Assembly (NCBI GenBank): GCA_951813565.1
Contig: OX638351.1
Coordinates: 5,184,001-5,248,000 of the forward strand
Source of the DNA: an uncultured Poribacteria bacterium
GTDB taxonomy: Bacteria > Poribacteria > WGA-4E > WGA-3G
DNA length: 64,000 nt
Direction of reading: 5' to 3'
Shown: piece by piece, positions 49,145-59,748 of the stretch
How the letters are laid out: every line of letters starts with the position of its first letter
Numbering within the stretch: the first letter of the stretch is position 1
Translations under genes and position numbers: made by a program
The notes under the pieces: model-generated
What the model was told of the DNA's origin: nothing
Databases searched by the model: none
Seen by the model: only the letters and a program-made list of their open reading frames with translations

Positions 49145-51753
49145 AGCCAATTCGCCAATTATCAGTTGTGCCAACGTTGCCAGAGAATCTTGAACCACTG
49201 CGAGAGTTGGCATTGAACTTGTGGTGGACTTGGGATAATGAAGCACTTAGCCTATTTCGCCATCTCGATTCGGAACTATGGGAAGAGACCTATCACAACC
49301 CCGTTGCGATGCTTGGAAAAATTTCACAGAAACAGTTGCAAGTAGCAGCGAAAAACGAGGTCTTTTTAGCCCACCTTGATGTTATTCAGAAAAAGTTTAA
49401 ATCGTACCTTTCTGCCCCATCATGGTTTGAAAACTATTCAAACAACAAACCCCTCGCGAAGATACAAATTGCATATTTTTCTATGGAATTCGGACTGACA
49501 GAGTGCATGCCGCTTTACTCTGGCGGTCTGGGTGTTTTGGCGGGGGACCACCTGAAATCAACCAGTTATTTGGGACTTCCGTTTGTTGGCGTTGGGTTGC
49601 TTTATCAACACGGCTATTTTCGTCAAACGCTAACGTCGGACGGTTGGCAGATGGCAGATTATCCGACAAATGACTTTTACAATATGCCGATTCAACCTGC
49701 GCAAAAGACAGATGGAACGCAGCTTCTGGTTGAGGTTGATTATCCTGAAGGGAAGGCATTTGCCAAGGTCTGGCGTGCACAGGTCGGACGCGTGCCTTTA
49801 TATCTATTGGATACGAATATACCTGAGAATGAAAATATAGGACTGCGCGACATCACCGATTATTTATACGGTGGTGATGAACGGATGCGAATTAAGCAGG
49901 AGATTCTGCTTGGAATTGGCGGGTATCGTGCTTTAGCAGCACTTGGTATTCGTCCGACTGTATGCCACATGAACGAGGGGCACGCAGCGTTTTTGGCACT
50001 TGAACGGATACGCCAATTGATGGTAGAAAGCGGTATCGGTTTTGATGAAGCACGCGAAGCCACTACAGCAGGAAATATCTTTACAACCCACACACCTGTT
50101 CCCGCAGGGATTGATTGGTTTCCGCCCGATCTCGTAAAACATTATTTCAGAAATTACTTTGGCACACTCGGAATTTCAGAGGAGAAGTTCCTCGGTTTAG
50201 GAAGAAAAAATCCATCAGACAATAGCAGTGAATTCAGTCCAGCCTTAGTCGCGCTGCGATTTTCAACAATGTCTAACTGTGTTAGTCAATTACACGGACA
50301 TGTTTCCCGTAACATGTGGAAAGAACTTTGGCAAAATCTTCCTGTGCATGAAGTTCCTATTAAGGCGATAACAAATGGTATTCATACCCGATCTTGGGTT
50401 TCGGAGGATATGCAGAGTCTGTTTGACAGGTATCTTGGTCCTAAGTGGATTGTTGACCTCACAAATCAAGACGTTTGGACTCAGATTTCGCAGATTCCAG
50501 ATACGGAGTTGTGGCGAACCCACGAACGAAGGCGAGAACGTCTTATCGCTTTCGCACGGCAGCGACAAAGCCAAAAACGGCGCAAGAGTGCTGACCAAAC
50601 TTTGATGGCACAAGAGACTGATCAAGAACACGAAACTGGCCCAAAGACACTCAATTCTGCAGCATTAACGATTGGATTTGCCCGCCGGTTTGCCACTTAT
50701 AAGCGTGCTACACTACTGTTCAACGATCTTGACCGACTCGCGAAAATTCTCAACGATCCAGAACGTCCCGTGCAGCTTATCTTTGCCGGAAAAGCACACC
50801 CGCACGACCATGAGGGTAAAGTCTTAATTCAAAAGATTCATAAGATCGCTACAGAACTGAGATTCCAGCATAAAATTCTCTTTATTGAAAATTATGACAT
50901 CTGTGTTGGTCGCTACCTTGTTGAAGGCGTTGATGTATGGCTCAATACCCCGCTGCCACCGAATGAGGCAAGCGGCACAAGTGGAATGAAAGCGGCAGCA
51001 AACGGCGCACTCAATCTTAGTATGGCTGATGGATGGTGGGCAGAGGCGCAACATCTCGGCGGTGGTTGGACGATTGATGCTACACCTGAAGCGGATGACA
51101 CTAAATCCGTCAACAAAGCACATGCAAATGCAATCTATGACTTACTTGAAAACGAGGTTGTCCCGCTATTTTACGATCGAGACCCTGTTGACGATATTCC
51201 TTATGGATGGGTTGCAAGGATGAAGACAGCGATGCAGAACTTGGCACCAGTGTTCAACACAAAACGCATGGTCGCAGAATATGCAGAACGCCTCTATTTT
51301 CCAGCACACCAAAGATGGCTCAAACTGAATCAGGATGGTACACGCCGCAGCATCGCACTCGCCAATTGGAAAGCAAACATTCGAAAGCATTGGAGCAATT
51401 TGCGTATTGAGGAGCAAATTTCCAAAGCGCAGAGTGATATACCACAAAAAAGTGTCTCAGCACTTACTGTCGGAGAATCGGTTACAATTCAGGCTGTTGT
51501 TCGTACAGATGCGCTGTTCCCGAATGAACTCGCTGTCCAAATTTACCACGGCGTGTTAGATGCAACTGGCGAAATTCAGAACGGCAGCGTAACTGAGATG
51601 GAATATCAGGAAGACCTTGGCAGCGGAAAATATCTATTTGAAGGCACACTTAGTCTAAACCAAACAGGTCTGCATGGTTATACGTTACGTGTTTTACCAT
51701 CGCACGAGGATTTAGAATCTGTCTACGAACTCGGACTCATAACATGGGCATAA
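49141..51753 (+). CDS. glgP: Alpha-glucan (glycogen) phosphorylase
   Basis: YSGGLGVLAGD, HMNEGH, ARRFATYKR, EASGTSGMK. Confidence 0.96.
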   Translation: MKPIRQLSVVPTLPENLEPLRELALNLWWTWDNEALSLFRHLDSELWEETYHNPVAMLGKISQKQLQVAAKNEVFLAHLDVIQKKFKSYLSAPSWFENYSNNKPLAKIQIAYFSMEFGLTECMPLYSGGLGVLAGDHLKSTSYLGLPFVGVGLLYQHGYFRQTLTSDGWQMADYPTNDFYNMPIQPAQKTDGTQLLVEVDYPEGKAFAKVWRAQVGRVPLYLLDTNIPENENIGLRDITDYLYGGDERMRIKQEILLGIGGYRALAALGIRPTVCHMNEGHAAFLALERIRQLMVESGIGFDEAREATTAGNIFTTHTPVPAGIDWFPPDLVKHYFRNYFGTLGISEEKFLGLGRKNPSDNSSEFSPALVALRFSTMSNCVSQLHGHVSRNMWKELWQNLPVHEVPIKAITNGIHTRSWVSEDMQSLFDRYLGPKWIVDLTNQDVWTQISQIPDTELWRTHERRRERLIAFARQRQSQKRRKSADQTLMAQETDQEHETGPKTLNSAALTIGFARRFATYKRATLLFNDLDRLAKILNDPERPVQLIFAGKAHPHDHEGKVLIQKIHKIATELRFQHKILFIENYDICVGRYLVEGVDVWLNTPLPPNEASGTSGMKAAANGALNLSMADGWWAEAQHLGGGWTIDATPEADDTKSVNKAHANAIYDLLENEVVPLFYDRDPVDDIPYGWVARMKTAMQNLAPVFNTKRMVAEYAERLYFPAHQRWLKLNQDGTRRSIALANWKANIRKHWSNLRIEEQISKAQSDIPQKSVSALTVGESVTIQAVVRTDALFPNELAVQIYHGVLDATGEIQNGSVTEMEYQEDLGSGKYLFEGTLSLNQTGLHGYTLRVLPSHEDLESVYELGLITWA

Positions 51754-51785
51754 TTTCGTGGGAAGGTTTGTATCCCGTTTTTCCG

Positions 51786-51814
51786 TTGCGTAAACCTATT
51801 TTTGTGCGTATAAT
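51786..51814 (+). promoter_or_regulatory. Sigma70 promoter of hisB
   Basis: TTGCGT-17bp-TATAAT. Confidence 0.55.
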
Positions 51815-51885
51815 AGAATAGGTTGTGTAGGGTAAGATAGTATTGATTCAAACGAAGTTAGCACAGAATTAAAAAACACTCACAA

Positions 51886-52473
51886 ATGGAAAGAAAAGCA
51901 GAAATTACACGCGAAACCAGGGAAACCCAAATCCGCCTCAGTCTAAACCTTGACGGAAACGGAACGTCCAATATCAACACTGGCGTTGGATTTCTGGATC
52001 ACATGTTAGAACTTTTTGCAAAACACGGATTCTTTGATCTGGAAGTTGAAGCGAAGGGTGATTTGCATGTAGACGCACATCACACGACAGAGGATGTTGG
52101 TATCTGCTTAGGACAGGCATTGCAGAAGGCAGTAGGCGACAAAGCAGGGATGAGACGTTTTGGCAGTTTCGCTGTCCCAATGTACGAATCTCTTGCGAAA
52201 GTTGATCTGGATATCTGTGGACGACCCTTTCTACATTACGAAACACCCCTTGACTCTGGTAAAGTCGGTGAATTTGATATAGAATTGACTGAGGAATTTT
52301 TCCACGGATTTGTGAACAATAGCGGCACAACTTTACACATTAACGTCCCGTATGGCACAAATCAACATCACATTATTGAAGCGATTTTTAAGGCGGTTGC
52401 AAAAGCATTAGATATTGCAACTCAATTTGACGAGCGTATTACTGGTGTGCTTTCTACTAAAGGAAGTTTGTAG
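51886..52473 (+). CDS. hisB: Imidazoleglycerol-phosphate dehydratase
   Basis: [27 protein letters not shown]. Confidence 0.97.
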   Translation: MERKAEITRETRETQIRLSLNLDGNGTSNINTGVGFLDHMLELFAKHGFFDLEVEAKGDLHVDAHHTTEDVGICLGQALQKAVGDKAGMRRFGSFAVPMYESLAKVDLDICGRPFLHYETPLDSGKVGEFDIELTEEFFHGFVNNSGTTLHINVPYGTNQHHIIEAIFKAVAKALDIATQFDERITGVLSTKGSL

Positions 52474-52761
52474 GAAACCAAAATATTTTCTTAAGAGTTT
52501 GTGGCATTTGTAGTCGCGCAATTCATTGCGCCTCGGACATTTATTTCTTTATAGTCGCACAATTTACTGTGCCTCCTACATTTACTAAACTTCGGACAAT
52601 TTATGTGTTTCAGAAAGCCTTATAAAAAGGTGACACCCAATAGAAAGCCCAGCGGGGCGATATGTGTATAATTATAGTGTTTCAATAATTGAAGGTCTTA
52701 CGAATACTTTAATTTTTTAGGCAAATACGAGTCCAATACCCATTCATCGTAGGAGAACTCT

Positions 52762-54054
52762 ATGAGTAACGGCAACGTTATCGCAGTAATTCTTGGAGGC
52801 GGACGCGGCGCACGCCTATTTCCATTAACACGCGACCGCGCAAAACCGAGTGTCCCGATTGCTGGTAAATTTCGGTTGGTTGACATCCCGATTAGCAACT
52901 GCCTACATTCAGGGTTAGAACGCATTTATGTTTTAACCCAGTTCAATTCCGTTTCTCTGAACAGACACATCGCACAAACTTATCGTTTTGACTCTTATCG
53001 CCGAGGGTTCGTCCAAATTTTGGCAGCACAACAAACGCTCATGGGCGATGAATGGTATCAGGGTACAGCGGATGCTGTTAAGCACAATCAACCTTATATT
53101 CTCAACCCACGTATAGCAGACGATCACGTTCTAATCCTTGCAGGCGACCATCTCTATCGGATGGATTATCGGAAAATGTTGGCAGTTCACACTGAAACCA
53201 ATGCGGACATAACGGTATCTGTGATTCCTGTGAAAAAAGAGGTTACAAGCGGACTTGGTATCCTCCAAGCTGATGCGAACGGACGTATAACCGATTTTGT
53301 CGAAAAACCGCAAACAGCGGAGGAACTACAGCAGTTATGTGTTGAACCTGATGTTTTTACCTCGCGTGGAATTGAGTCCAAAGGGAGAGAATACATCGCC
53401 TCTATGGGAATTTATATCTTTAACAGTGATGTCTTGCAAGAGGTCCTCCAAGATGATTCAAATGTGGATTTCGGAAAAAATATTATTCCGAAAAGCATTA
53501 AGACGCGCCAAGTTTCTGCATACTTTTTCGATGGGTATTGGGAGGATATTGGGACGATTCACTCCTTCTATTCTGCCAATATTGCCCTAACTGATGTATC
53601 ACCTGAATTCAATTTCTACGATGAACAAGCACCGATCTACACCAACCGCAGACATTTACCGAGCACCAAAGTAAATAGCAGTAGTGTCCGATCCTCTATT
53701 CTCGCTGAAGGTTCAATCATTGATGATTCGGAACTTGACAGAACGATTGTCGGTATTCGCAGTATTATCTCTAACGGTAGTAGAATTTATCAGTCTGTGC
53801 TTATGGGAGCAGATTACTATGAGTCCGATACACTCCGTGCAGAAAACACCAAAGCAGGGATTCCGAGTATTGGTATTGGGAGAAAATGCTTAATTCAAAA
53901 TGCAATTATTGACAAAAATGCGCGAATAGGTGATAATGCTGTCATAGCAAATACAAAAAATCTTGACAATCACGATGCGGTTAACTATTATATTCGTGAT
54001 GGAATTGTGATTGTCCCTAAAGACGCAACAATTCTACCTGATACGGTTATCTAA
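52762..54054 (+). CDS. glgC: Glucose-1-phosphate adenylyltransferase
   Basis: GGGRGARLFPLT..RAKP, LTQFNS.SL, GTADAV, YWEDIGT. Confidence 0.96.
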   Translation: MSNGNVIAVILGGGRGARLFPLTRDRAKPSVPIAGKFRLVDIPISNCLHSGLERIYVLTQFNSVSLNRHIAQTYRFDSYRRGFVQILAAQQTLMGDEWYQGTADAVKHNQPYILNPRIADDHVLILAGDHLYRMDYRKMLAVHTETNADITVSVIPVKKEVTSGLGILQADANGRITDFVEKPQTAEELQQLCVEPDVFTSRGIESKGREYIASMGIYIFNSDVLQEVLQDDSNVDFGKNIIPKSIKTRQVSAYFFDGYWEDIGTIHSFYSANIALTDVSPEFNFYDEQAPIYTNRRHLPSTKVNSSSVRSSILAEGSIIDDSELDRTIVGIRSIISNGSRIYQSVLMGADYYESDTLRAENTKAGIPSIGIGRKCLIQNAIIDKNARIGDNAVIANTKNLDNHDAVNYYIRDGIVIVPKDATILPDTVI

Positions 54055-54122
54055 ACCTAACGTTTAGCGAGTAGAGTTTACGCTCTACCGCTATGAAGCC
54101 TTTGGCAAAAGGAGCGTTTCAC

Positions 54123-54893
54123 ATGTCCAAAATGTTATCACTTCTATTTCTTAGTCTTTTGATAATTTCACCACAAGTCGTCGCACTTGATACAGATGGC
54201 TTGGTTGGCGCATGGCTGTTTGATGATGGCAAAGGGGAAACCGTTACCGATTCTTCAGATAATGGCTTAGATGGAAAAATAGCAAGAGGAAACCCAAAAT
54301 GGGTTGATGGAAAATTCGGTGGCGCAATGGAATTTGGTGGCGCAGACATGGTGACAGTTGCTGATGATGCTGCACTTGATCTCAAATCCTTTACACTCTC
54401 AGCGTGGGTGAATATTCCGAAAATTTCCGGTCCCTGGCAAATTATTGCATCAAAGGAGAATCGCAATCCAACTGGACGAAACTACGGAACGTTCGCGCAC
54501 ACTAACTCTGGTGTAGTTCATTATTCCTTCACAACAGGCGGCTGGAAGTCGTTTGATGCAAAAACTGTCATAACTGATGGAAAATGGCGTCATATCGTCG
54601 CAACCTATGCAAAGCCGGATTTCAAACTTTATGTTGATGGGGAGGTTGATGCGCAAACGGCACCAAATACCGATCCCGATAACCATGATAATTTCCTCTA
54701 TATCGGAGGATGTGACATCGGAAACTATTGGATGAGCGGTACTATTGACGAGGTCGTTCTCTACGATAGGGCCCTTGATGAGGCGGAAATCAACGAATTA
54801 ATGGAAAAAGGCATCACAGATGCTTTAGACGTAAAACCGGGTGGGAAACTGGTAACTACGTGGAGCCAGATTAAATCACACGCTACTCAGTAG
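54123..54893 (+). CDS. Secreted LamG-like jellyroll protein
   Basis: Signal peptide, W.FDDG.G, WRHIVATY, GTIDEV..Y.RAL; tail VKPGGKLVTTWSQIK. Confidence 0.88.
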   Translation: MSKMLSLLFLSLLIISPQVVALDTDGLVGAWLFDDGKGETVTDSSDNGLDGKIARGNPKWVDGKFGGAMEFGGADMVTVADDAALDLKSFTLSAWVNIPKISGPWQIIASKENRNPTGRNYGTFAHTNSGVVHYSFTTGGWKSFDAKTVITDGKWRHIVATYAKPDFKLYVDGEVDAQTAPNTDPDNHDNFLYIGGCDIGNYWMSGTIDEVVLYDRALDEAEINELMEKGITDALDVKPGGKLVTTWSQIKSHATQ

Positions 54894-55008
54894 TATTTTG
54901 TATCAACACTGTAAACTCCATAAGCGCGGTTGTATGCTGCGCTTATACTAATTATCACTTTACTAACCACACATATTTATGCGGTTATAATAAAATGAGG
55001 AGAATATA

Positions 55009-55773
55009 ATGAATAAGATCACAATTTTTGTAATTCTAACCCTTTTTGCTGTTTCACCAAATCTAATGGCAGTAACGACCGACGGACTTGTCGGTGCATG
55101 GTTGTTTGATGACGGTACAGGTAATGCGGTTTCGGATTCATCCGGTAATGATTTAGATGGCGAACTTGTAAATGGTGAACCTAAATGGGGCGATGGTAAA
55201 TTTGATGGTGCAATGGAATTTGGTGGGGCAGATATGGTAACCGTCCCTGACAATGATGCACTTGACCTAACATCCTTTACGATCGCTGCCTGGATTAATA
55301 GTCCGGAAACATCGGGAAGATGGCATGTTATCGCCGCAAAAGAAACGCGCAATCCCACCGGACGAAACTACGGCATTTTTGGCCACGTCAACAGCGGTGT
55401 AATTCATTATTCCTTCACATCTGGTGGTTGGAAATCGTATGATGCGAAAACCAATGTCACTGACGGTGCATGGCATCACGTCGCCGCAACCTATGAAAAA
55501 CCGAATTTCAAGCTCTACATAGATGGAGAACTCGATGCTGAAGTAGCCCCGAATGCAGACCCTGAGAGCAACGACAGTCCGCTGTATATTGGTGGGTGCG
55601 ACATCGGAAACTATTGGATGACTGGTACAATTGACGAGGTCGTTCTCTATGACAGAGCACTTAGCGAACAAGAAATTGCTGAATTGATTCAGGATGGGAT
55701 GGTTTCGGTGACTCCAGTGGAACCTATCGGAAAGTTGGCGACGACTTGGAGCCAGATCAAAGCAGTAAGGTAA
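55009..55773 (+). CDS. Secreted LamG-like jellyroll protein (tandem paralog)
   Basis: Highly similar to the upstream gene; tail VEPIGKLATTWSQIK. Confidence 0.88.
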   Translation: MNKITIFVILTLFAVSPNLMAVTTDGLVGAWLFDDGTGNAVSDSSGNDLDGELVNGEPKWGDGKFDGAMEFGGADMVTVPDNDALDLTSFTIAAWINSPETSGRWHVIAAKETRNPTGRNYGIFGHVNSGVIHYSFTSGGWKSYDAKTNVTDGAWHHVAATYEKPNFKLYIDGELDAEVAPNADPESNDSPLYIGGCDIGNYWMTGTIDEVVLYDRALSEQEIAELIQDGMVSVTPVEPIGKLATTWSQIKAVR

Positions 55774-55918
55774 ATTCTACTGTGCGCTTTGCGTTCCCGA
55801 AAAATTTGAGCGAATTTCGTGCACAAACACATGGATCTCGTCCTATTTTGGATGGACCCTAAAACTATAAGAACAATACAGCATATTTGCTTCTATTGAA
55901 GGAAGGCATACTCTTAAT

Positions 55919-56194
55919 ATGGCTGAAGTAAGACAGCAGCTACTTGTTCTACATTTACACACACCAGACCTCAACAGCCACGTCGTTGCATGGGCAATGT
56001 ACGATGGCACTGGCGAAAAACGCTATACTACTGGTGATAGCGAGGCTCCACCCTATAACTCCGTTATAGAAGCAATGCAGGATGGTTGGCGGGTTATTCA
56101 GTTTCCACAGCAATTTCCTGCTTTTCCCGGCATGGAGTATCACACTTCATATCTAAGATTCGAATATATCTTGGAGAAATTGGAGGAAATCTAA
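55919..56194 (+). CDS. Small hypothetical protein coupled to the downstream PhyH gene
   Basis: GAAGGAAGG RBS; TAATG overlap with the next gene. Confidence 0.7.
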   Translation: MAEVRQQLLVLHLHTPDLNSHVVAWAMYDGTGEKRYTTGDSEAPPYNSVIEAMQDGWRVIQFPQQFPAFPGMEYHTSYLRFEYILEKLEEI

Positions 56195-57012
56195 TGGTTG
56201 ATAAACAGTATCTCCTTACCACAGAACAGATGGCGAATTTTGTAGCCGACGGTTACCTTCGCTTTGACGATTTTATCCCCGATGAATTAAATAAAGCCGC
56301 ACATGCAGAAATGCAGTCTGGCGTTCAAGTTCGTGGTGGTGGTGGCACCGTATTAGACGATGTATGGCACGACGATTCCGCTGTAGGAAAAGTCTTTCGC
56401 CTCCCTCAGGTACAAGGCATTATTGAAAGCCTTGTCGGTGAGGCACCGTTGTTTGACCATCATGCTACTCACATTGTGCGACCACAGAGTCAACACGGAC
56501 AGATTTGGCACGCGGATGCTATCATTGATATTCGGATGCACTTCGACATTCAGTTCTTTTATTTTTCACACGACACACCACGCGAAATGGGTGGCACAAT
56601 GATTTTGCCCGGAAGCCATTTCAGACGGGTCTGTGAAACAGACATTGCGCGTTACCAAAACTTCCTTGGACAACATCCCATGGTATGTAATGCTGGCACA
56701 CTTGTCGTTGTTCACCACGGGATGTGGCACTGCGCACAACCGAATTTGACTGAAGATACCCGCTACATGTATAAACTACGTCTCAACCCGACTGTCCGCC
56801 AACTCAAACTTTGGAACACAGATGACATTGATGCTCCCGGTATCCGAGGCATTTTGAGTCGAAACCATAGATGGTATGGCAACGATGTTCGACTTGAAAT
56901 AGTCAACCGAATAAAACTTTGGCGGTTCCTTATCGGTGATGAATCGTACGATGTCGGTTATTGGCTATCTCGTCTTGAAAATATGCCGGAGAATGTCCCG
57001 AACGTTGCATAG
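56194..57012 (+). CDS. PhyH-family Fe(II)/2-oxoglutarate dioxygenase
   Basis: F..DGYL, WHAD, GGT.ILPGSH, MWH. Confidence 0.85.
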   Translation: MVDKQYLLTTEQMANFVADGYLRFDDFIPDELNKAAHAEMQSGVQVRGGGGTVLDDVWHDDSAVGKVFRLPQVQGIIESLVGEAPLFDHHATHIVRPQSQHGQIWHADAIIDIRMHFDIQFFYFSHDTPREMGGTMILPGSHFRRVCETDIARYQNFLGQHPMVCNAGTLVVVHHGMWHCAQPNLTEDTRYMYKLRLNPTVRQLKLWNTDDIDAPGIRGILSRNHRWYGNDVRLEIVNRIKLWRFLIGDESYDVGYWLSRLENMPENVPNVA

Positions 57013-57051
57013 TTTGGACACGTCAGCGTGTTTAAACAACCTTCAAATATA

Positions 57052-57102
57052 ACAAAAACGAACCCACATGAACTTGCAAAAGTTCATGTGGGTTCGTTTT
57101 TA
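57052..57102. terminator. Bidirectional terminator hairpin
   Basis: AAAAACGAACCCACATGAACTT-GCAA-AAGTTCATGTGGGTTCGTTTTT between convergent genes; diverged copy near 59664-59714. Confidence 0.8.
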
Positions 57103-57127
57103 TAAAGTTAATGTAAAATTATAGTTG

Positions 57128-57904
57128 TTAATCAATAGAAAAAGTAACAATTTCGCTACCATCCCCTCTGAGAATACCACGCTCCCGAAGTTGACGGATT
57201 ATCCGTTCACGATCCTCTTGCGAAACACCCCCAGATCTTCGAGGTGTATCTTGTGCTTTTTTCATCGCTTCTTCTTTGGCTTTTTTCATAGCAGCCTCTT
57301 TATCAAAGGATTCCTTATTGTTGCTACTTACGTTCTGATTAGAATTTTCTGATCTGGATGAACTACTGCGACGCGAACCACTACTATTGAGAAACGGCGT
57401 ATTTCTAATTCTAATTGTTATAGTTTCACCATTCTTGTCCAAAATTACTTTCTTCTCTTGAATTTCTTTTACGACTGCATCACCAACTTTATCGCCAAAA
57501 CCAGCTATATAAAATTTGTTTGAACGTTCCTCTAATATAAACGCTTCTGATAGACTACCGTTCGGGTCAATTGCAGTGCCAATCAGCGTATACTGAGGTT
57601 CTCTATTAGGTGGTCTCCAACCGAGCGGACGAAAGAGGTTATTATCAACAATTACTTTATAGAAATCTGAACTATCATCAGATTTTGCACTTTTCGAAAG
57701 TCTTTTTACACTCCAATTAGAACTTTTTTCAAGGTTTCGAAATTGACCCATCCGAGGTGTTGCTTGTAATTTCATTTCGTTTACTTTTGCTGTGGTGATT
57801 TCCTTTTTCATCGCATTCTGAGCTTGGAGTCGGACCCCAATTACAAGTAGTAGGATTGCTATACAACCTATTCCTGAAAAAATGAGGATTTTTGAATGTC
57901 TCAC
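57128..57904 (-). CDS. Membrane-anchored GspC/PilP-like domain protein
   Basis: N-terminal TM, N.F.P..., L.GT......AFI, GD.VGD..VKEI....V.L..NG; low-complexity tail. Confidence 0.6.
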   Translation of the reverse strand: MRHSKILIFSGIGCIAILLLVIGVRLQAQNAMKKEITTAKVNEMKLQATPRMGQFRNLEKSSNWSVKRLSKSAKSDDSSDFYKVIVDNNLFRPLGWRPPNREPQYTLIGTAIDPNGSLSEAFILEERSNKFYIAGFGDKVGDAVVKEIQEKKVILDKNGETITIRIRNTPFLNSSGSRRSSSSRSENSNQNVSSNNKESFDKEAAMKKAKEEAMKKAQDTPRRSGGVSQEDRERIIRQLRERGILRGDGSEIVTFSID

Positions 57905-58088
57905 TATATTCTCCTTATTTCAGAGCAAGCGACCATTATAAAAACGTAATGTATCATTAATTATATCATGATTAATTATGATTTGTAAAATCTACTTTAA
58001 ATCATCCTTCATATTTAAAGACGCGAATATATGGAAAAATTGTTGCATAATTTCCGCACTTTGTGAATCAACAGCGAGTGTGTAGTTT

Positions 58089-59444
58089 GTGATACCACCC
58101 ACTACCTAAAGGTAGGGGCTTCGGTTTCATCGCGATTGCGCTGTTTCCGAAGAAATCAGCGTCTTACTTTCGCTCCACCAGCAGGCTCTTATGCCGTATC
58201 AGAACGGTTTTATCGTGCATTATCACACGGGTACCCCAGCCTGCAATATATTGATAGCAGCGTTGATGTCTCTATCGTGATGCGTCTGACATTGTTGGCA
58301 CGTCCAGTGCCTATCGGTGAGTTGTAAATCGTTGTTGCTGTGTCCGCAATGATGACACGGTTTGGTTGTGGGTTGCCATTTATCTGTTTTGGCAAGCACT
58401 TTCCCATATTTGTGGCAAGTCCATTCAAGAATGAGTGCAAACTCACCGAAGGCAATATCGGAGACTTTACGACCCCACAATCGTTTCATCGCATCAAGAT
58501 GAAGCGTTTCAATCGCAATGTAATCATATTTGTGAACGAGACGCAATGCTACCTTGAAAAACCAGTCTCTTCGTTGATTCGCTATCTTCTTATACGCGCG
58601 AGAAAGGTGGCGTTTCGCTTTATACCATCCATTAGATAAGTATGTCTTGCGAGATAACCCTTTGTGCGCACAACGGATAGCCCTGAGACTGTTCTTATAG
58701 AACTCGGGAGACTTTATCTGCGTGCCATCTGACAATGTGAGAAATGTTTTGAGACCAAAATCTATCCCTGCTCTATGACCTGTCTTGGGAAGATGTGCTA
58801 TCGGTTCAGATGCATTACAAGTCAGTATAAGATAATAATCCCCGACATTATCACGCTTGATCGTGACGGTTTTGATTTGACACGTCCAATCGCAATGTTT
58901 CCAAAAAGTAAACCACTTTTTTAGACAACTGATATAGATACGATTACCTTCAATCTTATAGCCCGCTTGTGTGAATGTCATGGAGTTATATTTATGTTGT
59001 GGTTTGATATGCGGTTTACCGATCCTTTTGGTCGTTTTACCGGATCGACGGTCTTCTATGTTTTGAAAAAACCTTTGGTAGCCTTTATCAATACGAAACA
59101 CAACATCTTGAATAACTTGGCTCGGTAGTTGGTTCCAATGTGGTTTTGTCCGTTTCTTCAACTTCGCAATATGCTTGTTCATTGTATACACAGGTATGTA
59201 TTTGCCAAATAGACGATAATAACGCCTTTGCAACTTCAGAACATGCACATGCACCTGATGTAGATCATCAAGCAGGTTGCCAAGTCGGATTAGATTAGAT
59301 TGGTGAGATAACTCGTATTTATACGCTTTCATTGGTCGGTAAGTATATCATATCTATGAGGATAGACAAGGTTTTTTGTGTAAATAGTGGTCTGAGCCCG
59401 TCTACATCCCACAAGCTGAAGCATGGGGATTTGACGGGAAGGTG
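58089..59444 (-). mobile_element. IS200/IS605-family TnpB-only element 3
   Basis: LE after TTAA with hairpin CCCCATGCTTCAGCTTGTGGG; RE GAAGCCCCTACCTTTAGGTAGTGGGTGGTATCAC. Confidence 0.85.
58223..59332 (-). CDS. tnpB: RNA-guided endonuclease TnpB
   Basis: GIDFG / IETL / DRDINAA; CHHC..CQQC. Confidence 0.95.
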   Translation of the reverse strand: MKAYKYELSHQSNLIRLGNLLDDLHQVHVHVLKLQRRYYRLFGKYIPVYTMNKHIAKLKKRTKPHWNQLPSQVIQDVVFRIDKGYQRFFQNIEDRRSGKTTKRIGKPHIKPQHKYNSMTFTQAGYKIEGNRIYISCLKKWFTFWKHCDWTCQIKTVTIKRDNVGDYYLILTCNASEPIAHLPKTGHRAGIDFGLKTFLTLSDGTQIKSPEFYKNSLRAIRCAHKGLSRKTYLSNGWYKAKRHLSRAYKKIANQRRDWFFKVALRLVHKYDYIAIETLHLDAMKRLWGRKVSDIAFGEFALILEWTCHKYGKVLAKTDKWQPTTKPCHHCGHSNNDLQLTDRHWTCQQCQTHHDRDINAAINILQAGVPV

Positions 59445-59492
59445 TTAACACATATACGATCACTACCTGTCAGTTTCAATACTGTCAAGTGT

Positions 59493-59606
59493 TATAGTAA
59501 AATTCACAATTACCTTTACATTGGCGAGGTTAGGAAACCTCGCCAGCGCATGCGTGTGGGAATTGCTGTTCATTGAAATGTGAACATATTATTGGATTTT
59601 ACTATA
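59493..59606. mobile_element. MITE family A copy 3 (uninterrupted hairpin)
   Basis: TATAGTAAAATT ... GATTTTACTATA; intact GGCGAGGTTAGGAAACCTCGCC. Confidence 0.6.
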
Positions 59607-59748
59607 AGTGTAATTATAGGCTTTACTATAATCTTGACTTGCCTTCTACATATCTGTCTTTGTACAACAAAACCCCACAAGAACTTGCATAAGTCCCTGT
59701 GGGGTTCGTTTTTGTAAAGTTGCTGTAAATTATGTCTGTAAATCTAAA

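Noticed and set aside
33183..59332. TnpBs as nuclease-dead TldR regulators or Cas12f
   Set aside because: All three RuvC acidic residues are present, IS ends are intact and there is no array.
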